Source: Chlorokybus atmophyticus (lineage: Eukaryota > Plantae > Mesostigma and Chlorokybus algae). From it: 64,000 nucleotides of DNA. The DNA is taken from assembly GCA_009103225.1 (NCBI GenBank), contig RHPI01000585.1, positions 124,001 to 188,000 on the forward strand, given 5' to 3'. The notes under the pieces were generated by a model. That model saw only the letters and a list, made by a program, of their open reading frames with translations. It searched no databases and was not told the origin of the DNA. The translations under genes and the position numbers were made by a program. Shown piece after piece: positions 10,090 through 23,764 of the stretch (position 1 is the first letter of the stretch; every line of letters begins with the position of its first letter).

Positions 10090-10900
10090 GACACATGGCG
10101 GTCCTGGAGAGCAAAGCATATTTCTAATAACCACACCATACTGTTCTGGTCCATGGCGCGTCTCAACAGCTGACATTGCTGACTGTCGGTTAGCGTGGAA
10201 CCTGTGCTACTGCCTGGAGAGAATCCCATGGCGCGTTTGCGCTTACGTGCGTTGGGTTCCTCCGGTCGGCCTGTGTTGGAATCCAACACCATGCCTTCCC
10301 CTTGGTTGCGGAAGGCGTATAATCCTGGGTAAGACACCAAAGTGGGGAGCGCACGACGTGGTTGACAAGGCTAATTGCATTGAAAAAAGTGCTGGTGATC
10401 GTGTGATTGGTTGTGCTGTGCGTCCAGGGTCCAAGACAGCGTCAACGGTGAGATCACGTGGACAGCTGCTGTGCAGATATTCAGCAGCAAAGAGAGCCTC
10501 GACGGTAGCTAAGTTGGTCCACTTGGCGTGGACACGATGAGCACGGGAGCCATGACGCGCTGCGTTGATTTGAGAGGGTATTCCAGCAAGGAACACACCT
10601 GTCAAAAGCTGTTGAACACGTGATGGCGTTTATCGTCCTCGGAGTGCACATTCCCGATGATGTATCTTGGAGGCCTGGACAGCTGGTTGCTCTGCAGGAT
10701 TTTGATGATACGCGCCAGTTCCAGAACAGTCGCAAGCGAGGATCATCAAGTCCTTGACCTCTATCTGCTCTGAAGTGTCCTTCACACTCCCATCCTGTTA
10801 TCAGCGGTCGATGTTGCCCACCGCCAGGAGGTGATCTGCAGTACTTAAACGGATGTCCTGTTGCAGTGCCTTCAGACTGCCTTGCAGTGCCGATAGCGGC
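10090..10900 (-). pseudogene. G1 C5 DNA methyltransferase remnant
   Basis: ITGWECEGH (motif IV), NAARHGSRAHR (VIII), EEPNARKRKRAMGF...T (IX), QCQLLRRAMDQN (X); collinear with the DNMT of element G2. Confidence 0.75.
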
Positions 10901-11439
10901 AGTTGCTGCGGGTAGCATATGTGTAGGTGGCGCAGGTGGTAGCTCAGGGCAAGCTGTGCGTGTGGATCAGGGTCACAGTAGAAGTACTTGGTGACCGTTG
11001 CGCCGGTGTTGAGGACAGCGGCGAGGCCACTACGATACCTCCAAGTAGTTTTAACACGGTGATGCCTTGTTGTTCACGGAATACGTGAAACTCCACTAAT
11101 GCAGTGGCCACCTGGTGTTGCTCCTGGACTGCAGCTTGGATCTTGTAGAGAGGAAACCATGAAGTGAGCCGTGGTCTGGTCAGTAGTAGATGTGCGACCA
11201 CCTGCGCGCGCCAGCGGCGTTTTGCTGGTTTTTGGTGGGCCACTTCTTCAGTGGCATCTTCCTGAAATTCGTCATATGGGATAGGAGAGTCTTGGTCCGA
11301 GTTGTGGGTGACCACCGCAGCTGATCTGTCAGTGGTTGTCGAAACCAACGGGTGGGTGGCTGTTGCAGCTGACCTTTGGTGAGAGCGAGTGCGAGCCACC
11401 AGCTCGAGAGGCGGATATCCTTAAACCTCTCCATCCTCC

Positions 11440-11830
11440 TCATCCCACTGAGGACGAAACCATGCCTTCTCTGTCCAGCATCTCAGCCCCATGCCAACAG
11501 GAAAGTTGAAGTCCTGTCTCAGCAACAGGTCGAAGGATCCTGCGTCGGTAACCACACACTTCTGTATGACCTTGGTGCTGTGGGAAGGGTCCACCCCTGT
11601 TAAGCGAATGCAGAGGGCTTGCTGATTGGCATCACCTTATCACGGCTTGGTGATGCCAATCACCTTGTCACGGCTGCCGGTTGCTGTGTCGAGCATGTAT
11701 GGGCACGACATCAGCTTAGCGCTGGTGATGCCAAGGTTGCGTGCGAGGTAACGTCCGATGATGACAAGCAAGGCTCTAGAGTCCAGCATCACACGCTTGG
11801 GTGCTCGTCCATTGATAGTGACATGCTTTG
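11440..11830 (-). pseudogene. G1 aspartic protease remnant
   Basis: VTINGRAPKRVMLDSRALLVIIG...DAGSFDLLLRQDFNFPVG...WFRPQW, collinear with G2 protease (VLVDTGAQPVILG...YDVLLGQDFLFPVG). Confidence 0.7.
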
Positions 11831-14491
11831 TTGAGAATATTCTTGTATCCGGTCAGCTTGCCCTGTGGATAAATATAGCCGCGAGAAGATTCAGGCGCAA
11901 GAAGGTGCCCGTCGAGAAAGGTCCAGGCGAGGACTTCAGTCGAGAAGGTTCCAGGTGCGGAATCGAGTCAGGAGTCTGGAGACTTCCAGGTGCTGTAGAA
12001 GAAACGTTGCAGCTCGGTGGTTACATCATTGTATGGCGCGTGTCATAGCTTGTTGAAAAGCCCTTAATAGTAGCTACGTGGTGCAGCTTAGAGCGCAAGA
12101 ATTGGTTGAGTATAAGAGTCGTGGTGACTTTTAAAGTAGACAGGTGCAGAACTGGCGGGTATAAAAGCCCGCAGTGTGACTTTGTTGTAATCCTTAGAAC
12201 GCCTTTTTGGATCAGCCTTGTGTGTATGCTTTGGTAGAGTGTGTGTGCTTGCACCAACTCCATGCATAATTAGTAGTGTTCAAATCTTAACATGCTTGCC
12301 TTGGTTGGTGAGCATGGCTGCGTTGGCGTGGATGCGCAGCCGCGCGAATCGTCGATAGCGTGTGCGTGGGGTGACTGCTGCTGCAGTCTCCTCCGGTGGT
12401 GTCGATCGCAATGCGGCAAGCGCCCCTCGATCAGCTGGGTCTTGAGAACCTCCTTAACCGCGGCCTGGCGCGAACCGTCCTTGTCTAGGCTGTTGGTATA
12501 CGCGATGCGGCCTGGGTGCTAGCGGTGCTGCCTGTGGTTGCCCAAGTTGTGACGCAGGGGGATTGCGCCTCTGTGTGGCCGGGGTCATACCTGGCGGCAT
12601 AGCCAATGGCTGTTGAGGAAACCCTGAAGGACCGGGTGTTTGTGGGCCCGCCTTCCGTGCAGCATGTCCTTCCACATAAGTCCCGCGTACAGCATGAGCT
12701 GCCTCTCTGATTAGTGTACCTTCCCATGTGGCTGTTGGATTGTTGACCACGTCACTCTAGCGGTGATTCTGAGGCATGGGCTGGAGATACACTGCGCGCA
12801 GGAGCCGCGCTCTCATGTCGTGGGTGATGGTGGGAAACCTTAAGATCCCTGCCATGTAGGCATTCCATCTGACATTGACCACCCCCACTTCTAGCTCCGT
12901 TGGTGCTCGTGCCCGCACAGTGAGGTAAATCTATGGCTGTTGGACATGCTGCTCATAAGCAGCTGCGATGCGTCTGAGTTGCCGAGCTGCTTCCACCCCT
13001 TGCAACCATTAGTATGGCCTCTTGAGCTCCTTCTAAGGTGTCAGTGGCTGCCGAAGCAACCTCGTCATAGGCTTGCGGTAGCGAGCGAAGGAAGGCGTCC
13101 AACCATAACAATCCAATGTCGAATGCGAACAGAGGGATTGCGGGGTGAGTGGTGACTAGCCAAGTCACTAGTTTTGCTCGAGGTGCATTGCCACCTTCTC
13201 GCATCCCCAACATCCGTCTCAGGCCGATGCCTTCTTGTTGATGTAGCATGGTTGCTTGTCGCAACAGGGCAGTGCGAAGTTGCTGTTCTCCAACTGAGCC
13301 TGCTCCATCTCGTTGTGTACACCCTTATGGTATAAGGTAGCCTCCTGCTGAATCCCGTTGATCGTCAGGCAAGTCTTCCATCAAGGCGGGTAGCAGCGGG
13401 GCGATTACCCTTTTGGTTTGTTGGGCCAGCGCCCTTGCCTGATCAATGTCGGGCTCATCGACGAGAGGTGTCATGCTGGATGACGGGCCAGCAACCGTTG
13501 ATTGAGGAACGAAAGCGCGAGCAGCGGTAAGGTCTTGCACTCTCGCATTGATTGCTGCCGTGTGGTCCTGGCACTAGGTGAACGCCGGTTTCAAAGCAGT
13601 GTAGCCCTCATGAAGCCGAATTTATTGAGGGGCCTCAGTGCTTCGTGTCACTTACAGGCATGTCGGCTGCATCAACGATGTGTTGCTGTACATTGGGTTG
13701 CCGGTCCCAATACGTGTCAAGCGGGCTTGGCTCGAAAGTTTCATGACAAATTGGTGCGTACTGGTGTGGCGCAGTCTGCATGTTGTTATGCAGAGTCCAG
13801 TCCAGCTGTAGTGCCAACTTTAGTACAACAGGTGTTCAGACCACAAAGACGCGGTCTCGCATGGGAGGCGCCGTGCCAGCAAGGATTTCATCCTCCAGTT
13901 GCCGCTGAGTCTGTTCTGGCAGGGTGTGATATTCAGGCAGTGAGAAGACTCGCTCACTGCGTTCAACGGGTGTTGTACGCTCTCCTTCGCGCCCAAAAGC
14001 AATGGTAGTGGGATCTGCTCCACGCATGATGGTCTCCCATGCGCGCTCAGCTTGCTGACCTCGCGGGACAGCTTGAGTGACTTTGAGGGCGGGCCATGTA
14101 GTTGCGCGCGTTGCTGCAGTAACAGCGGGCTCGACGATGGCACTGCCGGTAGTGCCGAGAGTGCCGCTCAGTGGCGCGAGAGTGGTCTCATCGCTCGCTG
14201 ACACAGGTGGTCCTACAGTTGGAGCGGGACCGGTGCGACTTACTGCCGCAGGGTCGGTGGCAGCAGTGGCTGTCGCCAGCGTGCTCGCCAGTGTTGGCGT
14301 CACGGCGCCCGCTGATATACCAACTCCTAGTGCAATTGGAGTAATTGCTGCTGACGCTGACGGCACCGACGTCGTGGCCGGTGTAAGTGTTGCTGCTGGT
14401 GCAGCACCACTGGTGGCTTCAGAAGAGGTAGCTGCTGACGATGTTGCGGCTTCCCCTCAAACCCTCAAACTCGTTGGGATGGTTGAATACG

Positions 14492-15900
14492 TTACGGAGT
14501 GCTGGTGTCTCTCGTGCGCTTTGGAGCCATTAATGCCCACCGGGCAGAGTAGCAGGCGCGGTAATCCTGCTCCTTGTTTTCCTCCAAGCGTGCCATACGC
14601 GCCATGAGGGCAGCCATATGGTCATCAGCTGGCGGGTTGGCTAAAGCCTTGGCGGCAACAGCAGCAGCGCGCGGATGTCCGTCCAGTCCCTTGCGCTGAG
14701 GAGGGCGATTCTTCCCCTTATAGCCTTGCTCTTCCTTGCGAGCGTTGGCGTTGTTGTTGTTGTTATGGCCTCCGGTATGGTTGCTGTTGTAGCCACTAAA
14801 ATTGTTGCCGTTGTGGCCACTAGAGTTGTTCCCGTTGTAGTCGTTGGCCGGTCTCAATTTAAGGGAATTGAGCCAGCAGACAGACTCCATGTGGCATGTC
14901 TTGTGACAGTAGTTGCAAATTCGAATCGAGTACTCCTTGGTGCACTCCTTTAGGTAGTGCCCATGTCGTCCACAGCGATGACACAGCACCGGGGCAGGCA
15001 AAGCAGTATGCGCTGACCGTTTCCCTTTGTCGCGTGCTGGTGGAGCGTCCCGGCCACGTTCGTGGCGAGGAGGCTCGGTAGTTGTGCTGGCTACAGGCCG
15101 TGAGGCGCTGCGGTTGGTGTCCAGCACTGCTTTCTCATACACCAAGCGCTTATGGATGGCTTGTGTAGTCTCGAAAGTTTCCTTAAGCGTGTAGTCAAGA
15201 GGCCTGTTGTAGTTCCAGTATGGAGTACAGGCGTAGAGGTTCCTCGTTGGGCTTGCGTCGGAACCGCCTCAACTCCTCCACTTTGATGTAGTCTGCGGTG
15301 GGAAGGTGCGTCAAAGTGCAGCGTATAGATCCTTGAGGGGAGAGTCAGCGGTCGCAATACCCACAGTGAAGACTGGCGCGCGCAGTGCGACTGACCGAGG
15401 GTGGACGCACTGCCTCCCGCGCGAGAGCCGGGTGTTGCCATATGTAGGGGTGTGCCCACCTCAACGGATGCAGTTTATTGTTCTTTAAGGATGGCAGTAG
15501 AACGGTCCAGGATCTGGGCCCGTCGCGCGGCCGTCTTGATCTCAATTGCTGCAGGGGTCAGGTTGACAATCACCTACTCAGGTTCTTCGTCCTCTTCTCT
15601 GTCAATGGCTGCCGCTATGGACAAACCAGTAACTGCAGCGGGAGTGGCAGGTGGAAAGACGGCTGCTGAACCGTGCAGTGACGCAGACGCTATGGTGCTG
15701 GCGAGCTCACCATAGCTATCAACTCGATGCAGTTCAGCAACAGACTTCTAGACATCATGTGCTTTATGGTCCAGGTAATGAGCAGCAATGTGAACAGAAA
15801 TCTCGTTGAACCAATCTTTGTTTTTCAAACTGCCATATTTTGGAGTGGAACTTGATGATGAATTCATTCAGCGAGGTAGTGCCAGCACGTCCGAAAAAGC
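14492..15900 (-). pseudogene. G1 gag remnant with two CCHC zinc knuckles
   Basis: CHRCGRHGHYLKEC and CNYCHKTCHMESVC in ORF 14492-15145; upstream broken frames (EELRRFRRKPNEEP) look gag-like. Confidence 0.7.
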
Positions 15901-16354
15901 GCAGAGACATGGATGAGCTGAAAGACTCCATCTCGTAATCGTCGCTGTCGGACGAGAGTGGGGAAGCCTGATGCGGAGGAGTAGACAGGAACGGAGTGAG
16001 GTCGGAAACAAAATGCGAGCCTCTGCTGCTGCAATCGTTGCTCCCGTCGCTGGTCCGCTTTTAAGTAAGATTAGAGGTTGGGCTCCAGCTGATGAAGTCA
16101 CCCTTGTCTATTCGAGAGAACGAGGTGGGCCTGCTCATACAGCTAGTCCACAGGTGAAAGTGTGTATGCAGGGTAGAGTGTTTGTGCCCTATTGCCTGTT
16201 ACGATGCCGCTACCACTCACCACACTAGTGCTTGTGTGTGTACTACGTAATGACAGTGATAACGAATGCACAGGGATGTGTCCCCAGATACAGTCTGCAC
16301 TATCTGATGCAGAATGCAACGCACTCACTTGAGCAAAGAGGGTGACACTGTGAG

Positions 16355-16792
16355 TCAACAAGCCACTACTATTTACACAGTTCCTTACATGAGCGGGAAA
16401 TGCGTTACATTGTTAAGTGAGGTGAATGAGCAAGCAACATGTGGATACTATGCCCTAACTGATGACAACAACCACACTGCACCGCGCGTAGCTGTTCAGT
16501 TGTGAGTTCAGTTGAAAGTCGTGTTCTATATCGAGTGGTGATTGCTGTGGAAATAGCCTCGTTATGACCGTTAGCTTATGTTTTAAACAGTCATAATTTG
16601 ACTTGTATAAGTAGTCACGGTGTTCACCGGATCAGCTGGTGACACTGTGAGTGAGAAAGTCAAGAGCTTGTGAAACGACTTGAACTGCGAACACGTCATC
16701 CCGGTTACCAAGAACCCCCTCACTGTGTGAGAGCCTGTGCATTCTTGTGTGCATTGTGCTTCTCATTGCTATGAGCTTGGTGTGTATGGTGC
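16355..16792. repeat. Copy of G1 terminal spacer sequence 7451-7892 with its distal ~310 bp inverted
   Basis: 16355-16480 matches 7451-7580 directly; 16480-16792 matches the reverse complement of ~7580-7892. Confidence 0.8.
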
Positions 16793-17964
16793 TTCTTGGT
16801 ACATTTGACGAAAGCAAAAATTTGGTTAAGCCTACCAGCAGCTGTGTCTGCTATAGCAATAGCGTTTGCACTTGATTTGCTAAGTAATTGACAAGTTTGT
16901 GACCTTACTTGCTACTATGAGTTAGTATTGCCTCATTACGGCATATATGTCTATTATATATAAGTCTATATGTTGATAATATCATAAAATCATGTTTTTT
17001 ACAAGATACAATATGTATTGACATAGGCTATGTAGTATAGCCTATATCATACATTGCCCACAAATACAGTATCTGAATCATACATAACACGCTGTACCTC
17101 GCATATATGCTCACTAAGCGGGAACACTTCATTTATTGTACAATGTAATGCCTATACTTGGTCAAATTTGGCAAGAACACGGGGTTTTAGCCAGTGGCGA
17201 CGGAGCGCCCCCTTGGTTCAACTTGGAAAGTGACGGCGAAACACGCATTGGCGAAACTCCAAAGAAGCATCAATTACACTAGTCATTGCTTGTGAGGTTT
17301 TTCTGTTGCAACTGTCATCGTGACTTACATGCACAAGGCACATGCCTGTGCTTAAAGGGTTTGAGCTAGGTTGTATCAAGCATGCACTGCTCATGCATAT
17401 CAATGTGGTTGCAAACTTGATCCTCCGTTGCCGCGGTCTCCTGTTTACGCCTTGCATGCACGCGCCTTGCTTGCACGCACATCGCACCACACGGCACCGC
17501 TCTGCACGGTCCTCGCTGCAACCCCTCCTTTCCACAGCCACTGACCATCTGCCACTACGCTGTGCTCACCAGGTCGATCACGGTACCTTCATCCCCATCA
17601 TCGCCTACTGCTCACTACCCTTTTCATTGCACATAGAAGCTCGTAGTAGCACTCAGTGAGTAGTTTAGGGCCCCGGGGAGTGGAATTATATGCGTGGTGC
17701 CTGCTATCTATTGGTGCTGAGTGCATGCGTTGGTTGCTGTTTGCACGGTGTGTTGCTGTGTATTGCGTGCTACACATTGCATAATGCTTAGCACAAATAC
17801 GCGCATATCTGTGCATGATGTGCCGATTGACTTATATCAGATGCAACAAGTAAATCCAAATGCAAGCACAAGCACAACCGAAGCAAACAGAGCCGCCATG
17901 AATGCATATTGTGAGGGATTGTTGGCTACACGGGGGTGCAATGTGTCATCGCACCAGACTCATG

Positions 17965-18460
17965 ACATATAACACACCTCGGTTATAGCTTATGAAGCAT
18001 CGCGTAATACACTTGTAGTTGTCTCGATATGTAACCTTGAATAGCTTGGAAAATAGGCACTGTGTTTGACAATTATATACACTTACATGCAGGCGCAGGC
18101 TGAAATTGCATAAACAATGTCGACTACGCGAGATGCAACGTTTCCAACAGTACCATTGGCTCACATAGGCTAGCACACCCCCTGTTGTGTCTTGAAGCAT
18201 CACACAATACTATTGACTATCGGTTGCAAAGCACTCACTGTCTGTTGGGGAACTACACATTTTACTGCGGTCTGAAGCAGCATAGACGTTACGATGTAGG
18301 GTACAGTAGTTTTCACCATACGGTAGGCTCACAACACACCCTAGTGGTACCTTAGGAAGCATCACGCAATACATTGTCTAACCACCTTTATATAGCTTGC
18401 ACACACTGTGTTGGGGAACTATACACATCTACCTGCAGGCGCAGGCTGATAAAGTATAAA
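17965..18460. repeat. Degenerate tandem repeat, ~3 units of 160-190 bp, downstream of the RLK stop
   Basis: Recurring AACACACC...GAAGCATC.C.(C/T)AATAC, (C)TGTTGGGGAACTA and TGCAGGCGCAGGCTGA blocks. Confidence 0.5.
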
Positions 18461-18488
18461 CAGATGATGAACCCCGCATCTGCCTCGT

Positions 18489-21400
18489 TTACACATGCTG
18501 CTGTGCCAGAGAGACATTGACAGCGACCTCGCCAAGATTGGCACTGTTGTTGTCGGCGCCCTGGCCAGCAGGCTTATGCGCTTCAAAGGCGCGGACCAGC
18601 TCGGAGGCGGTGGGTCGCTCGGACGGCGTGCGCGTAACACAGCGGAGGGCCAAAAGGACAATGTTGGTGTAGGCTTCCGCGGGGTAACTGCCACCCAACG
18701 CTGAGTCTGCTGTCGCCGCCATACTGTTTGCACCTCCTGCTGCTGCAGCTTGCACCTATATACAAGACAGAACTTGGTGAGTGACGTGATGCTTTATGCA
18801 ACAATCACGCATGTATGTTGGTCTGCAGTCAAACTACTATTGCTTGGGCATGTAGCAGCTGCTGCTTTTGAACACTCACAACAGCGCTTGTGCGTGTGAG
18901 GCACAGCCATATAATGTGCACGTTGATAAAAGGCAGCAGCAATGCTCTATCACTTGTCCACTTGTCCACATACCCATGGAATAAGGCGTTCCTGTCCGGG
19001 TGCACGTGACATGTCAATTGGGACGCGGCCGGTGAGAAGCTCCATCAGGACCACGCCGAATGAGTAGATGTCCGAAGTAGACGTTAGCTGGCCAGTCTCA
19101 CTGTACTCTGAGATTTACAGACAGTAATGTCAACAAACTGTTATAGAGACAGTACATCACAATGGCATGACATCACCACATTCAAACATGTACCAGGAGC
19201 CGTGTAGCCAAATGTGCCCATAACCTGCACAAGTGACACATCCAAGCGTGAGTACATGTGCGCACGCAAGTTCGAGAACATCACCCGTTACATGACTGTG
19301 GTGTGCACCTGTGTTGTCACTTGCAGGCGTGTGGTGGTACTGATGGAGCGGGCCAGGCCAAGGTCAGCAACCTTGGGAGTCATGTCCGCGTCGAGCAGCA
19401 CATTTGAGGGCTTGAGATCGCGGTGAACAATGGGAGGCCGCACCATTGTGTGAAGGTAGTCCAGGGCGCGAGCGACGCCCAACGCCACAGAGATGCGCTG
19501 CTCCCAGGACAGCACAGCACCTGGGCACATCACCAACAAGCCAAATGAGAATAAAGTCGTTGACCAAAACACAATAACACGTGCGCACGCGCACATGCAC
19601 GCACGTGCATGCGTGCACACTACCAGTATTGTGCGATCCGGGGCTTACCTTCGCTGTTGTGAAGCCACTGCGCAACACTGCCGTTTGGCGCAAGCTCGTA
19701 GACGAGGATGCGATTGTTGCCTTCAGAGCAGGCGCCGATGAGGTTGATGATGTTGACATGGCGGATGCGCGAGAGCACCTCCACCTCGCTCATAAATTCC
19801 TTGTCGTTTTGATTCACATCCCTCATCACCTGCTTAGCAATGAGACTTTTAGAAAACAAATTACTTATGCATGCCAGCAGCAAAACTTGACATCACACTG
19901 TATAGGCTACGTAACTCGCCAACAAGGCGCACAGTCCGGGTATCAAATCATTTGTGCACAACAAGTGTTGAAGCCTGTGAGACTGCACATGAGCACTTGA
20001 CATCACAGCCACTTATGAGAAACACTTGACAATGATGACACTAGTGCAGGACCTGCTGTTTAATGGCGACACGCTGGCCGGCGAGGACGCCAACATAAAC
20101 AGAGCCGAAGCCGCCTGTACCGAGGCAGTTCTTGGGATCAAAGTCATCAGTTGCACGGCGCAGCTCATCAAAGGTGAAGTTCTGGACACCAATATTGCCA
20201 GAAGGCGGACCTGTCACAATGGATGGTAAGTTCGCGTATGACCACTTGCAGCGCGCACACGGAGCAGTGGTTTAACAACTGAAAAGAGGTGGTTGTGTGC
20301 ACTACCATTGTTAGAGGTACGAGGGCCGCCGACACGCTTGCCGGCAGGGAGCATGCCACCACCGTTGTTGTTGGCCTTCAGCGGCAGGTGTCCTTCCCGC
20401 TCGCGCTTGCGTCTGATGAGGAAGAACGCAATAATCGCACCAATGATCAATAAACCCGCGAGGCCGCCAACGATGCCACCAACAATGGCACCAGTGTTGC
20501 TACTGCCGCCATTACCAGGGTCTGGGTAATTCACGTATATGCAACCATGCAAGTGAGTCAGCATTTGCACAAGGTCCAATAACATAAAGGTGTGCAAGCA
20601 TCACAATATGTTAGTTAACCACGCTCAGATGCACGCATGCATGCATCTAAGTGAGAGTGAGACCTAGTGCGTCCATGGGTGTGCACGGGCATGTGTGGCG
20701 ACCGCAATCAGTAGAAAAGGCTGCTGTACAGCACCAATATATCACAGGCTTGTGTTGTGCTAATGCTAGGCACCTGTTGGTGTCGGTGCTGACCCAACTT
20801 GAGCTGGCAGAAACAGCGCCAGCGTGGTGGCCGGTAGCACTGCCAGACATAGAAAACATATGTCAGTTCCAATGCGCATGGACAGCGGCCAACATGTTGT
20901 ATGTGCACAAGAGCAATACATCACCTGTTAGCAGATCGCCAGTGGCCTCCCCATCGAGGTGTTCCCGCGTGTGCAGCCTTATGTATGCACTGTTGTTGGC
21001 CAGTTTGGCCAGAACAGTGCGACTCTGCGCCTGGTTGGCAAGGGCGCTGCTGAAAGGCATGCCGAGCACCGCGATGTCGTACGATGTGGTTGTGCCATTT
21101 GATGTCACACTCGGACATGTGGGCACGCCCGCAACAGGCGTCGGGTATGATATGCACAAGTTCACCAGGATCTCACCGGTCTCTATGTCATGAAGATGGG
21201 CCTGAGAGACAGTACACGCAGTTGGAGTTCAGTAAACAACGGAAACACAGGGTCGACACATGATGACACAAGAACCCAACAACCACAATGCCATGCATGC
21301 TTTGTTCATGTGTGAGCCCATCAACCCAACAGGCCACAGGAACTGCACACATCTCATTTGTTACCTGAACAAGGTCAGATGTGAGGTAACTTGCTTGGAT

Positions 21401-22958
21401 AGAGTAACCAAGCGAGTTGTTGATTGCAAGGTATGTGATGGCCGCTGTTCCAGACACCTGAAAGCAGAGACGTCAGTGCATGTGGTCAGCTTTTGTGTCT
21501 GTGAACATTCGACACATGCGTACCGAAGGATTATCAACTGAAGGCTCGGCGGCTAATGAGGTGGAGCGGAAGTAATCAACTGGTATGAGAAGAAAGTTAT
21601 GTGTCAATACAAATGCCAACCACCACCACCACCACCACCACCACCACAGCAACAACACGTAACAAGTGAAGGGCACACACTGTGCAAGTCAAAGCCCCCA
21701 GCAAGAAAAACCAAATGTAGTTCACGGATGTTCACTAGCACATATTGGCAACACATACCTTGAATGTCACCGCGAGCCTCGCCATCCAAATACTGAAACG
21801 TGTGGATGTTCCAGTACGCATTGCCGGCCGCCACATTCGCAGCAAAGGTGGTTGCATTGTAGCCTGATTGGAACCTGATAGAGACTTGTGCTCAACACTT
21901 GTAGTAGTGACAATGACGCTATTGTTGTTGACAATAATGATCATAACTAGACTCTGACAACTAGCCAGCCACAGCATTGTACGCAGTGTGTTGAAGTATC
22001 AGTATAATACTGAGGGGTTTTGAGTTTGAGAGTGCACACCAGCACAAGCAAGGAAGGTGGTGGTTGTGTCGTTGGCATACCAGAAGCTGAGGTTTTGGTT
22101 GTCTGAAACAGAGAACTCGAAGACGCCATCCGAAGAAGTTGCCGGGCACTGCACGCCACCAGAAGTCGCCTGATCCGCCTCACGGCAGATCAGAACCATG
22201 ACCGCACCATTTTCGCTCGGCGGGCCCTCGTGTATGTGAACCTGAGGCAGAGTAGATGTAAGGTCGATATCATCACACAGCCAGAGTTCTACATAAGTCG
22301 CACATCCATACGTATGCTCGACGTATGCTCGACATATGCTGCAATGCATACATGAGCTTGTTGTCTTGACACAAGCTGTACAGCTGCATGCCGACGACAG
22401 TAACAGTGACTGGCACGCAAGTGGTGGTGGTAACTTGTTGTGCACGCAATGCAGAGCTGTTTTATGAATACAAATTCGTACAAGCAGCCACGCATAAGCA
22501 CTACAATGTACATTGGCATTGCAGGCAGTGCTCACATGGGCCACAGCGGAGGAGAGACGTGCTACTTGGATGCTGAAGCTCAAACTCGTGCCGTCGAATG
22601 TCAGCTCAGCTGCTCCCCACGCCTGCAGAAGTCAGTGGTACAGTCAGCCCGTCTGATGATTGAGCATTGGAGCACAAGCATCCAGACACCCAAAAAGGCA
22701 AACAGGCAAGCATGTGATGAAGCATAAACCCAGTGCTTGAGCATATTGCAATCAAAGCAGTGTGGCAGCAGGGCCTGCCTGAGAGGTGTTGGCGTTGGCC
22801 GACAGGGACTGGGCCACCTGGTTGACGGCGGCGAGGGGCGTGACGTACGTCTCAGCGGACGCCGGGCTGGGCGGCGACAGCAGCAGCCACAGGCACAGAG
22901 ACAAGACCAGGCTGCCGCAGGACCACAGCGACAGGGGCAAGGCTGTCCGCGCCGCCAT
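18489..22958 (-). CDS. Receptor-like kinase (RLK/Pelle): signal peptide, two CHRD-like domains, TM helix, RD kinase; multi-exon
   Basis: ATG 22958, then [27 protein letters not shown] (signal). CHRD1: [12 protein letters not shown]...[20 protein letters not shown]2: AHLHD...[18 protein letters not shown]: [30 protein letters not shown]. Kinase: FTFDEL..AT..F...[90 protein letters not shown]...PSERP. Confidence 0.9.
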
Positions 22959-23764
22959 GGCGACCTGCATAATAGACACACACAAGCTGTCTCATCATTT
23001 TGTCGCCTCTTTACACAATGTGTGCAGCAGCTCAAGGCGCATTGCATGCACAAGCGCAGGTCAGCTGTCATGGGGACTTGCTGCAACAGTTCTAGTTGTC
23101 AATGCCGACATTGCCATTTGAATGCAGTCACGACAAAGAAGCCCCAACGACATGAACAACCGCGTCCATTCCAACCTAACCCCCCCCCCCTCCCCACCCA
23201 ATCCCACCGCCGCCGCAGCTTTTTTGNCCTCAGAAAAGACCAGAGGCCACTTGGGCACAGCTCTCCTCCTACCTTACCTCAACACGAGGAACAGCCAGTC
23301 ACCTCAGGCTTGCTCGTTCTCGCCTTCCTACTCCTACTCCTCAACCTGTCCGCCCTCGCCCTCCTGCGCCGCCGCCGCCGACTAGGCCGCGTTGCCAAGC
23401 CTGCTGCGGCTGTCAGCGGCAAGTGTCGTGGTTGCTGTGATTCCACCAACCGGCTGAGTGGAGGCAGGAGACCGGTTGCATTGGTAAATTGACAGGGTTT
23501 GCGGTGATATGCGGCTTGTGGCAGCAGAACCAAAGGGTGTATTTAGCCGGTAACTGCCAGTCATACGTCTTGCTAAGCAGATACTACGCGGCATTGGCAT
23601 GCAGCGGAGTCTTTACCCGATCGTCGCCGCGGCCACGCCCGCCAGCGTCGCCTCGCGCGAGGCAGACCGGCGCGCGACCGGAAACGCGACGCGCGGTCCG
23701 ACGAAACGCCGGCCGCTCGCCGACCCGGTGAACTGACCTCGCTCGACGGCGGCTGGCCGCATAC

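Larger units (their letters stand above)
7221..16792 (-). mobile_element. Degenerate Ty3/Gypsy LTR retrotransposon with C5 DNA-methyltransferase and PHD finger (element G1)
   Basis: Minus-strand order gag (two CCHC knuckles) - protease - DNMT - RT fragment - integrase - PHD - PPT (AGGGGGGTGG, ~8281-8290) - terminal repeats; many stops/frameshifts and a large internal deletion; 5' boundary approximate. Confidence 0.85.

Noticed and set aside
14077-14607. Plus-strand ORFs antisense to G1 (also those antisense to G2 at 58-63 kb)
   Set aside because: Shadow frames of GC-rich TE coding sequence; no independent motifs
17200-17700. CAGTGGCG start resembling a hAT-type TIR plus short ORFs
   Set aside because: No matching inverted end or transposase motif found
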